Origin: Candidatus Aenigmatarchaeota archaeon
GTDB taxonomy: Archaea > Aenigmatarchaeota > Aenigmatarchaeia > CG10238-14 > SCSR01
Assembly: GCA_038998335.1 (NCBI GenBank)
Contig: JAVZHQ010000001.1
Coordinates: 32,001 to 96,000 of the forward strand
Reading direction: 5' to 3'
Length of the DNA: 64,000 bases
In this document: positions 1 through 9,741 of the stretch, piece after piece
Position numbering within the stretch: the stretch's first letter is position 1
Layout: the number at the start of each line of letters is the position of its first letter
Notes under the pieces: generated by a model
Databases searched by the model: none
What the model was told of the DNA's origin: nothing
What the model saw: only the letters and a program-made list of their open reading frames with translations
Made by a program: the position numbers and the translations under genes

Positions 1-1299
1 AGCTTTGCACTTTTGCCTTTACTAATAGCTGCTGCAGGAATTTTTGCCTCGCTTTTAGGAATTCTTTTTGTAAGGGTGGGAGAAAAAGAAAGTCCTGGAA
101 AAGGTTTGAACAGAGGAACCCTTTCAACTTGCATAATATTTGCAATTTTAACTTTTGCTATTCTCTACTTCCTTAACCTTGGAGAAAAAGCTTACGGAAT
201 TTTCTTCCCAACTTTAGCAGGCTTGCTAGCAGGAGCGATAATGGGAATAACAACTGACTATTACACTTCAATAGACAGAAACCCTGTTAAGAAAACTGCA
301 GAATCAGCAAAAACAGGAGCTGCTACCACAATCCTTTCAGGCTTTTCTTACGGAATAATAAGCATAGTTCCTTCCATAGTTGGAATTGCGGTAGCAACAA
401 TAGCAGCTTGGTACCTTTCCTCTTACTACGGAGTTAACAGCTTTTACGGAATTTCTGTTGCAGCAGTAGGAATGCTTTCCATAGTAGGAATGATAATTTC
501 TGCAGACGCTTATGGTCCAATAGTTGACAATTCTCGCGGTATAGTTGAGCAATCAAAGCTTGGAGAAAAAGTTTTGAAAATTACTGATAAATTAGATGCT
601 GCAGGTAACACAGCAAAAGCAATAACAAAAGGTTTTGCCATAGGAGCAGCAGCTTTAACAGTTTTAGCTTTGTTTGGAACTTATGCTGAGGTTGTGGGAA
701 TAGAAAAAGATGCTAATGGCATGTACATAATAAACATAGTTAACCCAAAAGTCATAGCAGGCTTATTTATAGGAGCGATGATGCCTCCTTTGCTTTCTGC
801 TCTTCTGATTCTTGCAGTAGGAAAAAATGCTTTTAGGATGATAGAGGAAGTGAGAAGACAGTTTAAAGAAATTCCTGGTTTAATTAAAGGAAAGGCTAAG
901 CCAGATTATGCTAGATGCGTTGATATAGCAACAAAAGGTGCGCTAAAAGAGCTCATGTTTCCCTGCTCGCTAGCAATAATAGTTCCTTTAATAGTTGGTT
1001 TTGTTCTTGGAAAAGAAGCTTTAGCAGGCTTTTTAGCAGGAAGCATAGTTACAGGAATAATATTTGCTCTTTTCATGGCAAACTCAGGAGGAGCTTGGGA
1101 TAATGCTAAGAAATTTATAGAAGAAGGAAACTTTGGAGGAAAAGGTTCAGAAGCTCATAAGGCCGCAGTTGTTGGCGATACCGTAGGAGATCCTTTCAAG
1201 GATACTGCTGGTCCTTCGCTAAACACTATGATAACAGTAATGTCACTAGTTTCTTCAGTCTTCGCTCCTCTTATAGTTTCTTATGCTTTGGTTTTCTGA
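1..1299 (+). CDS. hppA: Membrane-bound proton-translocating pyrophosphatase, 5'-truncated by window edge; probably K+-independent
   Basis: Hydrophobic helices with motifs [32 protein letters not shown] and [17 protein letters not shown]. Lys in GNTAKA marks the K+-independent type. Frame is open from base 1. Confidence 0.95.
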   Translation, partial: SFALLPLLIAAAGIFASLLGILFVRVGEKESPGKGLNRGTLSTCIIFAILTFAILYFLNLGEKAYGIFFPTLAGLLAGAIMGITTDYYTSIDRNPVKKTAESAKTGAATTILSGFSYGIISIVPSIVGIAVATIAAWYLSSYYGVNSFYGISVAAVGMLSIVGMIISADAYGPIVDNSRGIVEQSKLGEKVLKITDKLDAAGNTAKAITKGFAIGAAALTVLALFGTYAEVVGIEKDANGMYIINIVNPKVIAGLFIGAMMPPLLSALLILAVGKNAFRMIEEVRRQFKEIPGLIKGKAKPDYARCVDIATKGALKELMFPCSLAIIVPLIVGFVLGKEALAGFLAGSIVTGIIFALFMANSGGAWDNAKKFIEEGNFGGKGSEAHKAAVVGDTVGDPFKDTAGPSLNTMITVMSLVSSVFAPLIVSYALVF

Positions 1300-1823
1300 A
1301 ACTTTTTCTTGTAAAAGTTATTAGCGTAAATAACAATCTCTTTTGCTTCTTTTGAATTTTTCCATTCTTTAAACCTAGAGAATTTATGAGGCTCCAGCCT
1401 TTTATAAGTCTCAAAAAACTCCTGAATTTCCTTTAGCTTGTGAGGATGAACATCTTTTATATCTTTTATTCCATCAAATCTTGCGTCGTTTAAAGGAACA
1501 CAAAGAATTTTTGGGTCTTCACCTTTTTCATCTTCTATTATCAAAGCTCCTATAACTCTTGCTTTTACTATGCAACCAACTTCCAAAGGCTCATAGCTTA
1601 AGACTAAAGCGTCTAAAGGATCTTCATCGTTAAACCAAGTTTGGGGAATAAAACCATACTCTACAGGAAAAACAACAGAAGAAGGAATTATCCTATCGAG
1701 AACAAGCTCGTCCCACTCTACATTATATTCATACTTGTCTCTTGAACCGCTTATACACTCTATAACAACATTAACTATTTCTGGCGGCTTTTCGCCTAAG
1801 GGAATTTTATGTAAAATGCTCAT
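1281..1823 (-). CDS. ppa: Soluble inorganic pyrophosphatase (family I)
   Basis: KYEY, LDR, YGFIPQT, DEDPLD and FFETYKRLE motifs. Confidence 0.95.
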   Translation of the reverse strand: MSILHKIPLGEKPPEIVNVVIECISGSRDKYEYNVEWDELVLDRIIPSSVVFPVEYGFIPQTWFNDEDPLDALVLSYEPLEVGCIVKARVIGALIIEDEKGEDPKILCVPLNDARFDGIKDIKDVHPHKLKEIQEFFETYKRLEPHKFSRFKEWKNSKEAKEIVIYANNFYKKKFQKTKA

Positions 1824-1928
1824 AGCTATTTAATTTCTTCTGATACCTTTAAATTTTTTTTGTTTTTTTAAGTAAACATTAAATTTTTTATACTATTTGA
1901 GTAAGAATATAGTTTATTGAGTGGTTGA

Positions 1929-4673
1929 ATGGAAGAAGAGAAGTGGCATGCTTTGGACCCAAAAGAAGCGATGGAAAAATTGAAAGCAAGTGAAAAAGGT
2001 TTAAGCGAGGAAGAAGCTAAAAAAAGGTTGCAAGAGTATGGCTATAATGAGTTAAAGGAAAGGAAAAAAGTTTCAGCTTTGGAAATTTTTCTCAATCAAT
2101 TTAAAGATATATTTGTAATAATGCTTTTGGTTGCAATAGCTATTTCTGTTTTGATAGGATGGTACGAAATAAAAGAAAATCCAGAAAAAAGTTTTTTTGA
2201 AGCTTATGCTGATGCTGTAGCGATAGGGGCAATAGTTGTATTAAACGCAATAGTCGGCTTTACTCAAGAATACAGAGCTGAAAAAGCTTTGGAAGCTATG
2301 AAAAAACTTACTGCTCCTAAGGCTAGGGTTATAAGGGAAGGAAAAGAGGTTTTGATAGATGCAAGGGAAGTTGTTCCTGGTGATATTCTTCTAATAGAAG
2401 CAGGGGATAGAATTGCTGCAGATGGTTTACTTTTGGAAAGCGTTGAGCTTGAGGTTAACGAGGCAGTTTTGACTGGAGAATCAGCTCCTGTAAGAAAAAA
2501 AGTAGGAAAGTTAAAGCCTGATATACCAATAGCTGAAAGAAAGAATTATGTTTTTATGGCAACTTATGCAACTTACGGAAGAGGAAAAGTTTTAGTAACA
2601 GCTACAGGAATGAAAACAGAGTTTGGAAAAATTGCAGAAAAAGTTCAGGAAATAGAGGAGGAAGAAACTCCTTTGAAAAGAAAGCTAAACGATTTTGCAA
2701 AAAAGCTTGCGAAGTTTGTTGTTGTTATTTGCATAATAATTTTTGCTTTAGAACTTTACGAGATTTTAGGAATTTTTAAGATAAGAGAATTCGGAGAAAT
2801 TATAAAAGAGTCTTTAGACGCTTTCATGACTTCTGTTGCCTTAGCAGTTAGTGCAGTTCCTGAAGGTTTACCTGCAGTTGTTACAATAACTTTAGCCTTA
2901 GGTGCAAGAGAACTAGCAAGAAGAAATGCTATAATAAGAAAACTTTCCTCCGCCGAAACTTTGGGAGCAGTTACTGTTATTTGCTCCGATAAAACTGGAA
3001 CCTTAACAAAAGGAGAAATGACTGTTAAGAAAGTTTATGCTAACGATAAGATTATAGAAGTTACAGGCGTTGGTTATGAAGCAAAAGGAGAATTTTTGCT
3101 CGAGGGAAAAAGTTTTAACCCTAAGGAAATAGAGCTTTTGCTTAGAATTGCTTGCTTATGTAACAATGCAAGCTACGATGGGCAAACGATAAAAGGAGAC
3201 CCAACAGAAGGAGCTTTGATAGTTGCAGCAGCAAAGGCAGGAATGAAAAAAGAAGATTTGGAAAATGAGTATCAAAGAATTCATGAAATTCCTTTCAGCT
3301 CTGAAAGAAAGAGAATGACTACAATTCACTCATTTGAAAACAAAAAGTTTGCTTACATGAAAGGTGCTCCTGAAGTTGTTCTTGAGAGATGCGATTTTAT
3401 TTTAAAAGATGGAAAAATAGAAAAGTTGGATGAAAAAGAAAAGAAGAAGATTCTAAAGGCTAACGAAGATTTTGCTTCTCAAGCCTTAAGAGTTTTGGGT
3501 TTTGCTTTTAAAGAGCTGAAAGAAAAGTTTGACGATGAAAGCGCTGAAAAAGGTTTGGTTTTTGTTGGTCTAATGGGAATGATAGACCCAGCAAGAGAAG
3601 AAGCAAAAGAAGCTAATAAAAAATGTCAGGAAGCAGGAATAAAAACTGTGATGATTACTGGCGACCATAAGCTTACCGCAATAGCAATAGCAAAAGAGAT
3701 TGGTATGCTTGATAACAACGAAGAAGCTAAAGTTTTAACTGGCGAGGAGCTTGACAAGCTTAGCGACGAAGAATTTGAAAAGATTGTTGAAGAAGTTAGA
3801 ATTTATGCAAGAGTTTCTCCTGAACATAAGTTAAGAATTGTTAAAGCGTTAAAGAAAAAGGGTCATATAGTTGCCATGACAGGCGATGGAGTAAACGATG
3901 CTCCAGCTTTAAAGCAAGCAGACATTGGAATTGCTATGGGTATTACTGGTACAGAAGTAACAAAAGAAGCTTCCGACATGATCTTAGCTGATGATAACTT
4001 TGCAACAATAGTTAAAGCAGTTGAAGGAGGAAGAGGAATTTATGAAAACATAAGAAAGTTTGTTTTCTTTTTATTAAGATGCAATTTTGATGAGTTAGGA
4101 ATAATAGGAATTTTTGCCTTATTAGGTTTGCCTTTGCCTTTGAACGCTGCCATGATTTTATGGATTAACTTGGTTACTGACGGTGCACCAGCAATAGCTT
4201 TGAGCATGGACCCACCAGAAGAAGATTTGATGAAAAGAAAGCCTCGAGACCCAAAACAAGGAATTTTGCACGGAAGGTTTGCTCAAATTTTAGCATCTTT
4301 CATAACTCAGTTTTTCGGAACAGCCTTTATTTTCTGCCTTTCTTACTATGTTTGGAAAGAGCCTTTAGAAGAGGCTATGACCATGGCCTTTGTTCAAGCA
4401 AGCTTCCAAGAGTTGTTTACAGTTTTTAACTGCAGGTCAGAAAGAAAATCTGTCTTTAGGTATTCTCCTTTCACAAACAAATATTTGGTAATAGCTGTAG
4501 CAGCTTCTTTTGCTTTAACTTTAATGCTTTGCTATGTTCCAATATTTCAAGTAATGTTCGGTACAGTACCTCTTACTCTTCAAGATTTAGCCTTAGTTAT
4601 GGCAGTAAGCTCTCTTGGCTTGTTCATACTTCCTGAAATATTTTATGGAAGGAAGGTTTGGAAATGGGTTTAG
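1929..4673 (+). CDS. P-type cation-transporting ATPase (Ca2+-like, type IIA)
   Basis: TGES, PEGL, DKTGTLT phosphorylation site, KGAPE, MITGD, TGDGVNDAPAL. Confidence 0.95.
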   Translation: MEEEKWHALDPKEAMEKLKASEKGLSEEEAKKRLQEYGYNELKERKKVSALEIFLNQFKDIFVIMLLVAIAISVLIGWYEIKENPEKSFFEAYADAVAIGAIVVLNAIVGFTQEYRAEKALEAMKKLTAPKARVIREGKEVLIDAREVVPGDILLIEAGDRIAADGLLLESVELEVNEAVLTGESAPVRKKVGKLKPDIPIAERKNYVFMATYATYGRGKVLVTATGMKTEFGKIAEKVQEIEEEETPLKRKLNDFAKKLAKFVVVICIIIFALELYEILGIFKIREFGEIIKESLDAFMTSVALAVSAVPEGLPAVVTITLALGARELARRNAIIRKLSSAETLGAVTVICSDKTGTLTKGEMTVKKVYANDKIIEVTGVGYEAKGEFLLEGKSFNPKEIELLLRIACLCNNASYDGQTIKGDPTEGALIVAAAKAGMKKEDLENEYQRIHEIPFSSERKRMTTIHSFENKKFAYMKGAPEVVLERCDFILKDGKIEKLDEKEKKKILKANEDFASQALRVLGFAFKELKEKFDDESAEKGLVFVGLMGMIDPAREEAKEANKKCQEAGIKTVMITGDHKLTAIAIAKEIGMLDNNEEAKVLTGEELDKLSDEEFEKIVEEVRIYARVSPEHKLRIVKALKKKGHIVAMTGDGVNDAPALKQADIGIAMGITGTEVTKEASDMILADDNFATIVKAVEGGRGIYENIRKFVFFLLRCNFDELGIIGIFALLGLPLPLNAAMILWINLVTDGAPAIALSMDPPEEDLMKRKPRDPKQGILHGRFAQILASFITQFFGTAFIFCLSYYVWKEPLEEAMTMAFVQASFQELFTVFNCRSERKSVFRYSPFTNKYLVIAVAASFALTLMLCYVPIFQVMFGTVPLTLQDLALVMAVSSLGLFILPEIFYGRKVWKWV

Positions 4674-4717
4674 AAAAAGAATTTAATTATTCAAGATTAT
4701 CATAATAGTGATAAAAT

Positions 4718-5269
4718 ATGTACAAAATTTTTACAGTTGAAGAAAGAATAAGGGTTCCTCCGACAAAGCTTGGTTTAAAAGTTAAAGAAGCAGTGAAAGA
4801 AGCTATAGCTGATCAACTAGAAGGAACTTTAGACCCAAGGTTAGGAATAATACTTTCTGTTGTTTCAGTAGACGAAATTGGTGAAGGAAAAATTGTTCCA
4901 GGAGACCCTGGAGTTCATTATAACGCTAAGTTTAAGCTTCTAACCTTTAAGCCAGAAGTTAACGAGCTAGTTTTCGGTGAAGTAATAGATAACACTGAGT
5001 TTGGTTCTTTTGTTAGAATAGGTCCTTTTGATGGTTTAGTTCACATTTCTCAGCTTATGGATGATTTTGTAAGCTACGATTCAAAAAACGCAATATTTCT
5101 TGGAAAAGAAACTAAAAAAACATTAAAAGAAGGGGATAAGGTAAGAGCTAGAATAATTTCTGTTAGTTTTGGGACTGAGAATAAAATTGGTTTAACCATG
5201 AGACAAGCTGGCTTAGGAAACTTGGTTTGGATAGAGGAAGAAAAGAAGAAAAAGAAGAAGGGAAAATAA
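4718..5269 (+). CDS. rpoE1: DNA-directed RNA polymerase subunit E' (Rpo7)
   Basis: GEGKIVPGDPG, S1 domain FVRIGPFDGLVHISQ, KIGLTMRQAGLG. Confidence 0.95.
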   Translation: MYKIFTVEERIRVPPTKLGLKVKEAVKEAIADQLEGTLDPRLGIILSVVSVDEIGEGKIVPGDPGVHYNAKFKLLTFKPEVNELVFGEVIDNTEFGSFVRIGPFDGLVHISQLMDDFVSYDSKNAIFLGKETKKTLKEGDKVRARIISVSFGTENKIGLTMRQAGLGNLVWIEEEKKKKKKGK

Positions 5270-5458
5270 ATGGCAAAAAGGTTACAAGTTTGCAGGAATT
5301 GTAGAAGGTTTACAACAGAGCAGGCTTGTCCTTTTTGTAAGTCAACAAATCTTTCAACAAGCTGGAAAGGTTTAGTAATAATTCTAAACCCAGAAAGTGA
5401 AGTAGCAAAAATATTGAGAGTTAGTGAAGCAGGAAAGTATGCTTTATATGTTGGTTAA
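5270..5458 (+). CDS. spt4: Transcription elongation factor Spt4 (RpoE'')
   Basis: CRNC...CPFC zinc ribbon, WKGLVIILNPESEVAK, GKYAL; follows rpoE'. Confidence 0.93.
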   Translation: MAKRLQVCRNCRRFTTEQACPFCKSTNLSTSWKGLVIILNPESEVAKILRVSEAGKYALYVG

Positions 5459-6402
5459 AAGTACTTTCCGTTCAAAAACTCTTTTTTACTTTTTAGATAT
5501 TCGTAAGCAGCCAAAGCAGCTTTTGCTCCTTCGCCTGCAGCAATTATTATTTGCTTCCAAGTACAATCTGTAACGTCGCCAGCAGCAAAAATTCCGGGGT
5601 AAGAGGTTCTACAATCCTTATCTACAATTATTTCTTTTTTCTCGTTCAGCTTAACAGGCAAGTCTATATCAGTTCCTGGTCTTAGTCCAATCAATACAAA
5701 AACTCCTTTAACGTTAAGCTTAAACTTTTCTTTTGTTTTTATATTTTCTACTTCAACGCTTTCAACAAAATCCTTTCCTTCAATTCTTGTTATCCTACAA
5801 TTGTTGAAAATCTTAACATAAGAAAGCTTTTTCACTTTTTCTCTTGTTAGCTCATCTCCTCCTAGATTTTCAGTTATGTTAACAAGATAAATTTCCTTAG
5901 TAAATTTTGATAGCTGTAAAACTGCATCTAGGGCTGAATTGCCTCCACCAACAACTACTACTGGTAAATTTTTGAAAACTGGTGCATCGCAAACTGCACA
6001 GTAGCTTACTCCCCTTCCTATAAATTCTTCTTCTCCAGGAACGTTTAAGTGTAAAGGAAGTTTTCCAGAAGCTATTATAACGGCATTTGCTAAATAATTG
6101 TTCCTGTTTGTTTCAACAAGAAAAATTTCATCTTTTGGCTTTACTGCCCTTACCTCTTCATACTTTACTTCAATATTGAAAGCTTTTACATGCTCTTCAA
6201 ACTTTTTGACAAATTCTGGGCCAGTAATTAGTCTATAACCAAGATAATTTTCTATGGAAGAAGATAAGGCTGCTTGTCCGCCTAAATCTTTTGAAATAAC
6301 AAGAATGTCAAGCCTTTTTCTTGCAAGATAAATGCTTGCAGTTATTCCAGCCGGACCTGCCCCAACTATTATAACATCATAAGGAGTGATAGAACTCATC
6401 AT
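5455..6402 (-). CDS. trxB: Thioredoxin reductase (FAD/NAD(P)H disulfide oxidoreductase)
   Basis: GAGPAG, GVSYCAVCD, GGGNSA, FAAGDVT. Confidence 0.9.
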   Translation of the reverse strand: MMSSITPYDVIIVGAGPAGITASIYLARKRLDILVISKDLGGQAALSSSIENYLGYRLITGPEFVKKFEEHVKAFNIEVKYEEVRAVKPKDEIFLVETNRNNYLANAVIIASGKLPLHLNVPGEEEFIGRGVSYCAVCDAPVFKNLPVVVVGGGNSALDAVLQLSKFTKEIYLVNITENLGGDELTREKVKKLSYVKIFNNCRITRIEGKDFVESVEVENIKTKEKFKLNVKGVFVLIGLRPGTDIDLPVKLNEKKEIIVDKDCRTSYPGIFAAGDVTDCTWKQIIIAAGEGAKAALAAYEYLKSKKEFLNGKYF

Positions 6403-6436
6403 AAAATAAATTTTCTTAGCTTAGATAATAAATCTT

Positions 6437-6925
6437 ATGAAAGCTTTATTCATCTTAAGAGCTCAACCTTTTCATAAAGGTCATTTGTATGCTATAAAAA
6501 AAGCTGCAAAAAAATTTGAGGTAATAATTGGAATAGGAAGCTCTAACGTAAAAAACACTTTTGAAAACCCTTTCTCTTTTAAAGAAAGAAAAGAAATGCT
6601 CAGGCTTGCTGGAATAAAGCAAAAAATAGTTCCAATTCCCGATTTTCACGATTGCAAGAAATGGACAAACTATATTTTAAACAAAATAGATTTTGATGTA
6701 GTAATTTCTGGAAATGAGTGGGTAAAAGAATGTTTTAGAGGAAAGAAGAAAGTTATTAGCCCCGAATTTTTTAAACCAAGGAAATATAAAGCGAGTAAAA
6801 TTAGAGAAAAGATTGCAAAAGGGGAAAAATGGGAAGACTTGGTTCCTAGGAAAGTGGCTAACTATATTAAAAAAATAAAAGGTGAAGAAAGAATCAAAAA
6901 AATTGCTACGAGTTTCAATATTTGA
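6437..6925 (+). CDS. nadM: Nicotinamide-nucleotide adenylyltransferase (NadM family)
   Basis: RAQPFHKGH (HxGH), GIGSS, ENPFSFKER, WEDLVP. Confidence 0.85.
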   Translation: MKALFILRAQPFHKGHLYAIKKAAKKFEVIIGIGSSNVKNTFENPFSFKERKEMLRLAGIKQKIVPIPDFHDCKKWTNYILNKIDFDVVISGNEWVKECFRGKKKVISPEFFKPRKYKASKIREKIAKGEKWEDLVPRKVANYIKKIKGEERIKKIATSFNI

Positions 6926-7772
6926 TAACCTGTTTAACTATAGTGTGTATTTCTTCTATAAGGTTACTTGCAATCAAAGATTCAGAATATTTTTTTGCTG
7001 CAAGTTCGCCAGCCTTCCCATTCAAGTAAGCTGCAGCACAAGCCGAAGTAAAAACATCATTTCCTCTAGCTAAATAAGCCCCCAAAATTCCTGCTAAGGT
7101 ATCTCCCAGGCCACCTTTAGTTAAGGCTGGTGAGCCAGTTTTATTCAAAGCTACTTCCTTTCCGTTTGAAATAACATCTACATGACCTTTTAAAAGAATA
7201 GTTGTCTTAAGCTTCGCTGCAGTTTCTTTCACAACTTTAATTCTTTGGTTTAAATCATTACCAACTTGGATTCCTGAAAGAACCAAAAGCTCGTGAACAT
7301 GAGGAGTTAAAACAAAATTTTTATCCTTCAAAACTTCTTTTTTTGTTGCTACTGCATGGATAGCATCAGCATCTATCACTGCTGGAATATCTATTTTTTC
7401 CAAATACTCAACAACAGTTTCCAAAACTTCTTTTTCTCTTGTTAGTCCACCTCCAATAACAACAGCATTTTTGTTGTGGGTAAACTTTAACAACTCTTCC
7501 AAATGCTCTTTACAAAGATGGTCTCCTTTTAAAGGATAAGCTATTAAATCAGGAGCAAAGGAAGCTATTATGTTCGCTGCTCTCTCAGGAGCTAAGATAG
7601 TAACTAAATCGACACCTGCCCTTAAAGCTGCTAAAGCGTTGAAGGCTGGCGAGCCAGAATAATGTTTGCTTCCCCCTATTACTAGTAAGTGGCCAAACTG
7701 AAATTTGTGGCTCCACAAATTTCTTTTTTTATAGATTTTTTTTAATACTGATTTTTTGAGATACATTAACAT
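6915..7772 (-). CDS. nnrD: ADP-dependent NAD(P)H-hydrate dehydratase (YjeF C-terminal domain)
   Basis: SHKFQFGHLLVIGGS, VIDADA, LTPHVHE, LLKG, GGLGDTLAG. Confidence 0.9.
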   Translation of the reverse strand: MLMYLKKSVLKKIYKKRNLWSHKFQFGHLLVIGGSKHYSGSPAFNALAALRAGVDLVTILAPERAANIIASFAPDLIAYPLKGDHLCKEHLEELLKFTHNKNAVVIGGGLTREKEVLETVVEYLEKIDIPAVIDADAIHAVATKKEVLKDKNFVLTPHVHELLVLSGIQVGNDLNQRIKVVKETAAKLKTTILLKGHVDVISNGKEVALNKTGSPALTKGGLGDTLAGILGAYLARGNDVFTSACAAAYLNGKAGELAAKKYSESLIASNLIEEIHTIVKQVIKY

Positions 7773-7889
7773 TATCTCTTAAATAATTTTTTCTCGATTA
7801 AATTAATCTTTTTCATCTGTCAATATCGGAAGTTTACTTCCAAAAGTTAAATATTCTTAAAAAATTCTTATTTTTTTTTGGTGCTAAAA

Positions 7890-8885
7890 ATGGGCGAATT
7901 GTTTAAAATAAACAATGAAAATGAAATAGAATTTAATTCAGAAATATTACTAACTACTTTTTCAGAAAAAGAAAAAAGAAGGATGAAAGAATTTGAAAAA
8001 GTAATTTTTTTAAGGCAAAAAGGATTTCTTCCTAGCCAAATAAGTAGGTTACTAGGCATTCCAAAACAAAGAGTAGCTAGTTGGTTATTTGCTAATAAAA
8101 AGCCTATTGCCGTTAATGCTATAGAAATATGCAAGAAAAGAGGATTACTACCGATGAGAACGGACTTAAAGAGGTTCATCGTATTGCTGGATATTTTTTC
8201 TTGGATATTTGGTGATGGCAATTTAGGTAAAACACTAAATACTATTACTCTCTCTGGTAGAAAAAATGACTTAGAAAAAATAGCAAAAAGCATTACAAGT
8301 GCTTTTGGCTTTAAATGTGAAATAAAGACGGCCCCAGGAAGTAAAAATAAAGATAACTGTGCTTTAATTATACGAGGAAAAGGAACTCGTGCACTTTGTA
8401 GATTGTTAAAAGGTCTAGGTGCCCCGGTAGGAAATAAAGTAGAAAAGGCTTTCTTATTGCCTCAATGGGTCTTTTTATTAAAACCTAAGTTAAAGAAAAG
8501 ATTGTTAGAAGTATTTATGTCAAATGAAATAGGGATAGGGCATTTAGAAAAGAATGGGCAGATGCCATGTATAAGAATTAAGATGCGTAAAACTAAGAAA
8601 GAAGTACAAAATTTGATCGGGTTTTTAAATCAAATCGGTGTATTGCTTAAAGAGTTTGGAATTAAAGTATCAGAAGCAAAAATAGTAAAGGAAGTAGTTG
8701 ATAATAAAGGTGTAAAATGTGACGTTGTTCTTAACATTTCTAAGGCTATTAGAAATGTATTTACTTTTTCAAGTACTTTTAAGATGATTTTTGCGAAAGA
8801 AAAACAAGAAAGATTGGAAATACTTAAAGAGGCTGCAGAAAGGAAAATGAATTTGAACGAGAATTTTAATTTCATAATTCAATAA
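7890..8885 (+). CDS. Free-standing HTH + LAGLIDADG endonuclease-like protein (second motif degenerate)
   Basis: HTH-like SQISRLLGIPKQRVASWL; motif 1 DIFSWIFGDG; LGAPVGNKV..LPQWV typical of intein-type endonuclease domains; motif 2 LLEVFMSNE. No Hint splicing motifs. Confidence 0.7.
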   Translation: MGELFKINNENEIEFNSEILLTTFSEKEKRRMKEFEKVIFLRQKGFLPSQISRLLGIPKQRVASWLFANKKPIAVNAIEICKKRGLLPMRTDLKRFIVLLDIFSWIFGDGNLGKTLNTITLSGRKNDLEKIAKSITSAFGFKCEIKTAPGSKNKDNCALIIRGKGTRALCRLLKGLGAPVGNKVEKAFLLPQWVFLLKPKLKKRLLEVFMSNEIGIGHLEKNGQMPCIRIKMRKTKKEVQNLIGFLNQIGVLLKEFGIKVSEAKIVKEVVDNKGVKCDVVLNISKAIRNVFTFSSTFKMIFAKEKQERLEILKEAAERKMNLNENFNFIIQ

Positions 8886-8924
8886 AAAATATTATTAAAA
8901 TCAAAATTAATTTTAAGATAAACT

Positions 8925-9725
8925 ATGATTAAAACTCCTAAGGATGTTGCTGAAGAAGCAGTAGAAGTTTTTACCTCAAAAGCTACTCAAAGCGCTAAAA
9001 AAATTTTTATTCTTTCCTTCCTTGCAGGAGTTTTTATTGCTTTTGGTGCTGAGCTTTCGACCATAGTTTCCTTTGACTTAAGAAATTTTAGCCTAGGGTT
9101 TTCAAGATTTTTGGCAGGAAGTGTTTTCTCTTTTGGTTTAATGCTTGTTGTTCTTACGGGTGCAGAGCTTTTTACTGGAAACTGCTTAATGGTAATTCCT
9201 TTGCTTAAGGGAGAAATAACTAAAAAGCAATTTTTGAAAAGCTGGGCAATAGTATACTTTGGAAATTTTTTGGGCTCCTTATTCTTTTCTTTCCTAATCT
9301 TCTTTTCAGGAATATATAATAATGCTATAGCAAGCTATGCAGTAGAGATTGCTGCTAATAAAACAAACCTAAGCTTTTTAGAAGCTTTTTTAAGAGGAGT
9401 AGCTTGCAACTGGCTTGTAGCGTTAGCAGTATGGCTTGCTTTAACAGGAAGCAATATGCTGGAAAAAATGGTTGGAATTTACTTTCCAATAATGGCTTTT
9501 GTTGCTTCCGGTTTTGAACATAGCATAGCAAACATGTTTTTCATTCCTTTGGGAATTTTGTTGAAAGATTCTGTTTCAGTTTCCATAGATATAGCAAACC
9601 TTACACTTGAGGGCTTTTTCCTGAGAAACTTAATTCCAGTAACACTTGGCAATATTGTAGGTGGAGCAATTTTTGTCGGCTTGATTTACTGGTACATTTA
9701 TCTTAAGGAAGAGATAATTTTATAG
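8925..9725 (+). CDS. Formate/nitrite transporter family protein
   Basis: LAGVFIAFG, GAELFTGN, GNFLGS, CNWLV, FVASGFEHSIANM, GNIVGG. Confidence 0.93.
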   Translation: MIKTPKDVAEEAVEVFTSKATQSAKKIFILSFLAGVFIAFGAELSTIVSFDLRNFSLGFSRFLAGSVFSFGLMLVVLTGAELFTGNCLMVIPLLKGEITKKQFLKSWAIVYFGNFLGSLFFSFLIFFSGIYNNAIASYAVEIAANKTNLSFLEAFLRGVACNWLVALAVWLALTGSNMLEKMVGIYFPIMAFVASGFEHSIANMFFIPLGILLKDSVSVSIDIANLTLEGFFLRNLIPVTLGNIVGGAIFVGLIYWYIYLKEEIIL

Positions 9726-9741
9726 TATAAGGGGTGATGAG

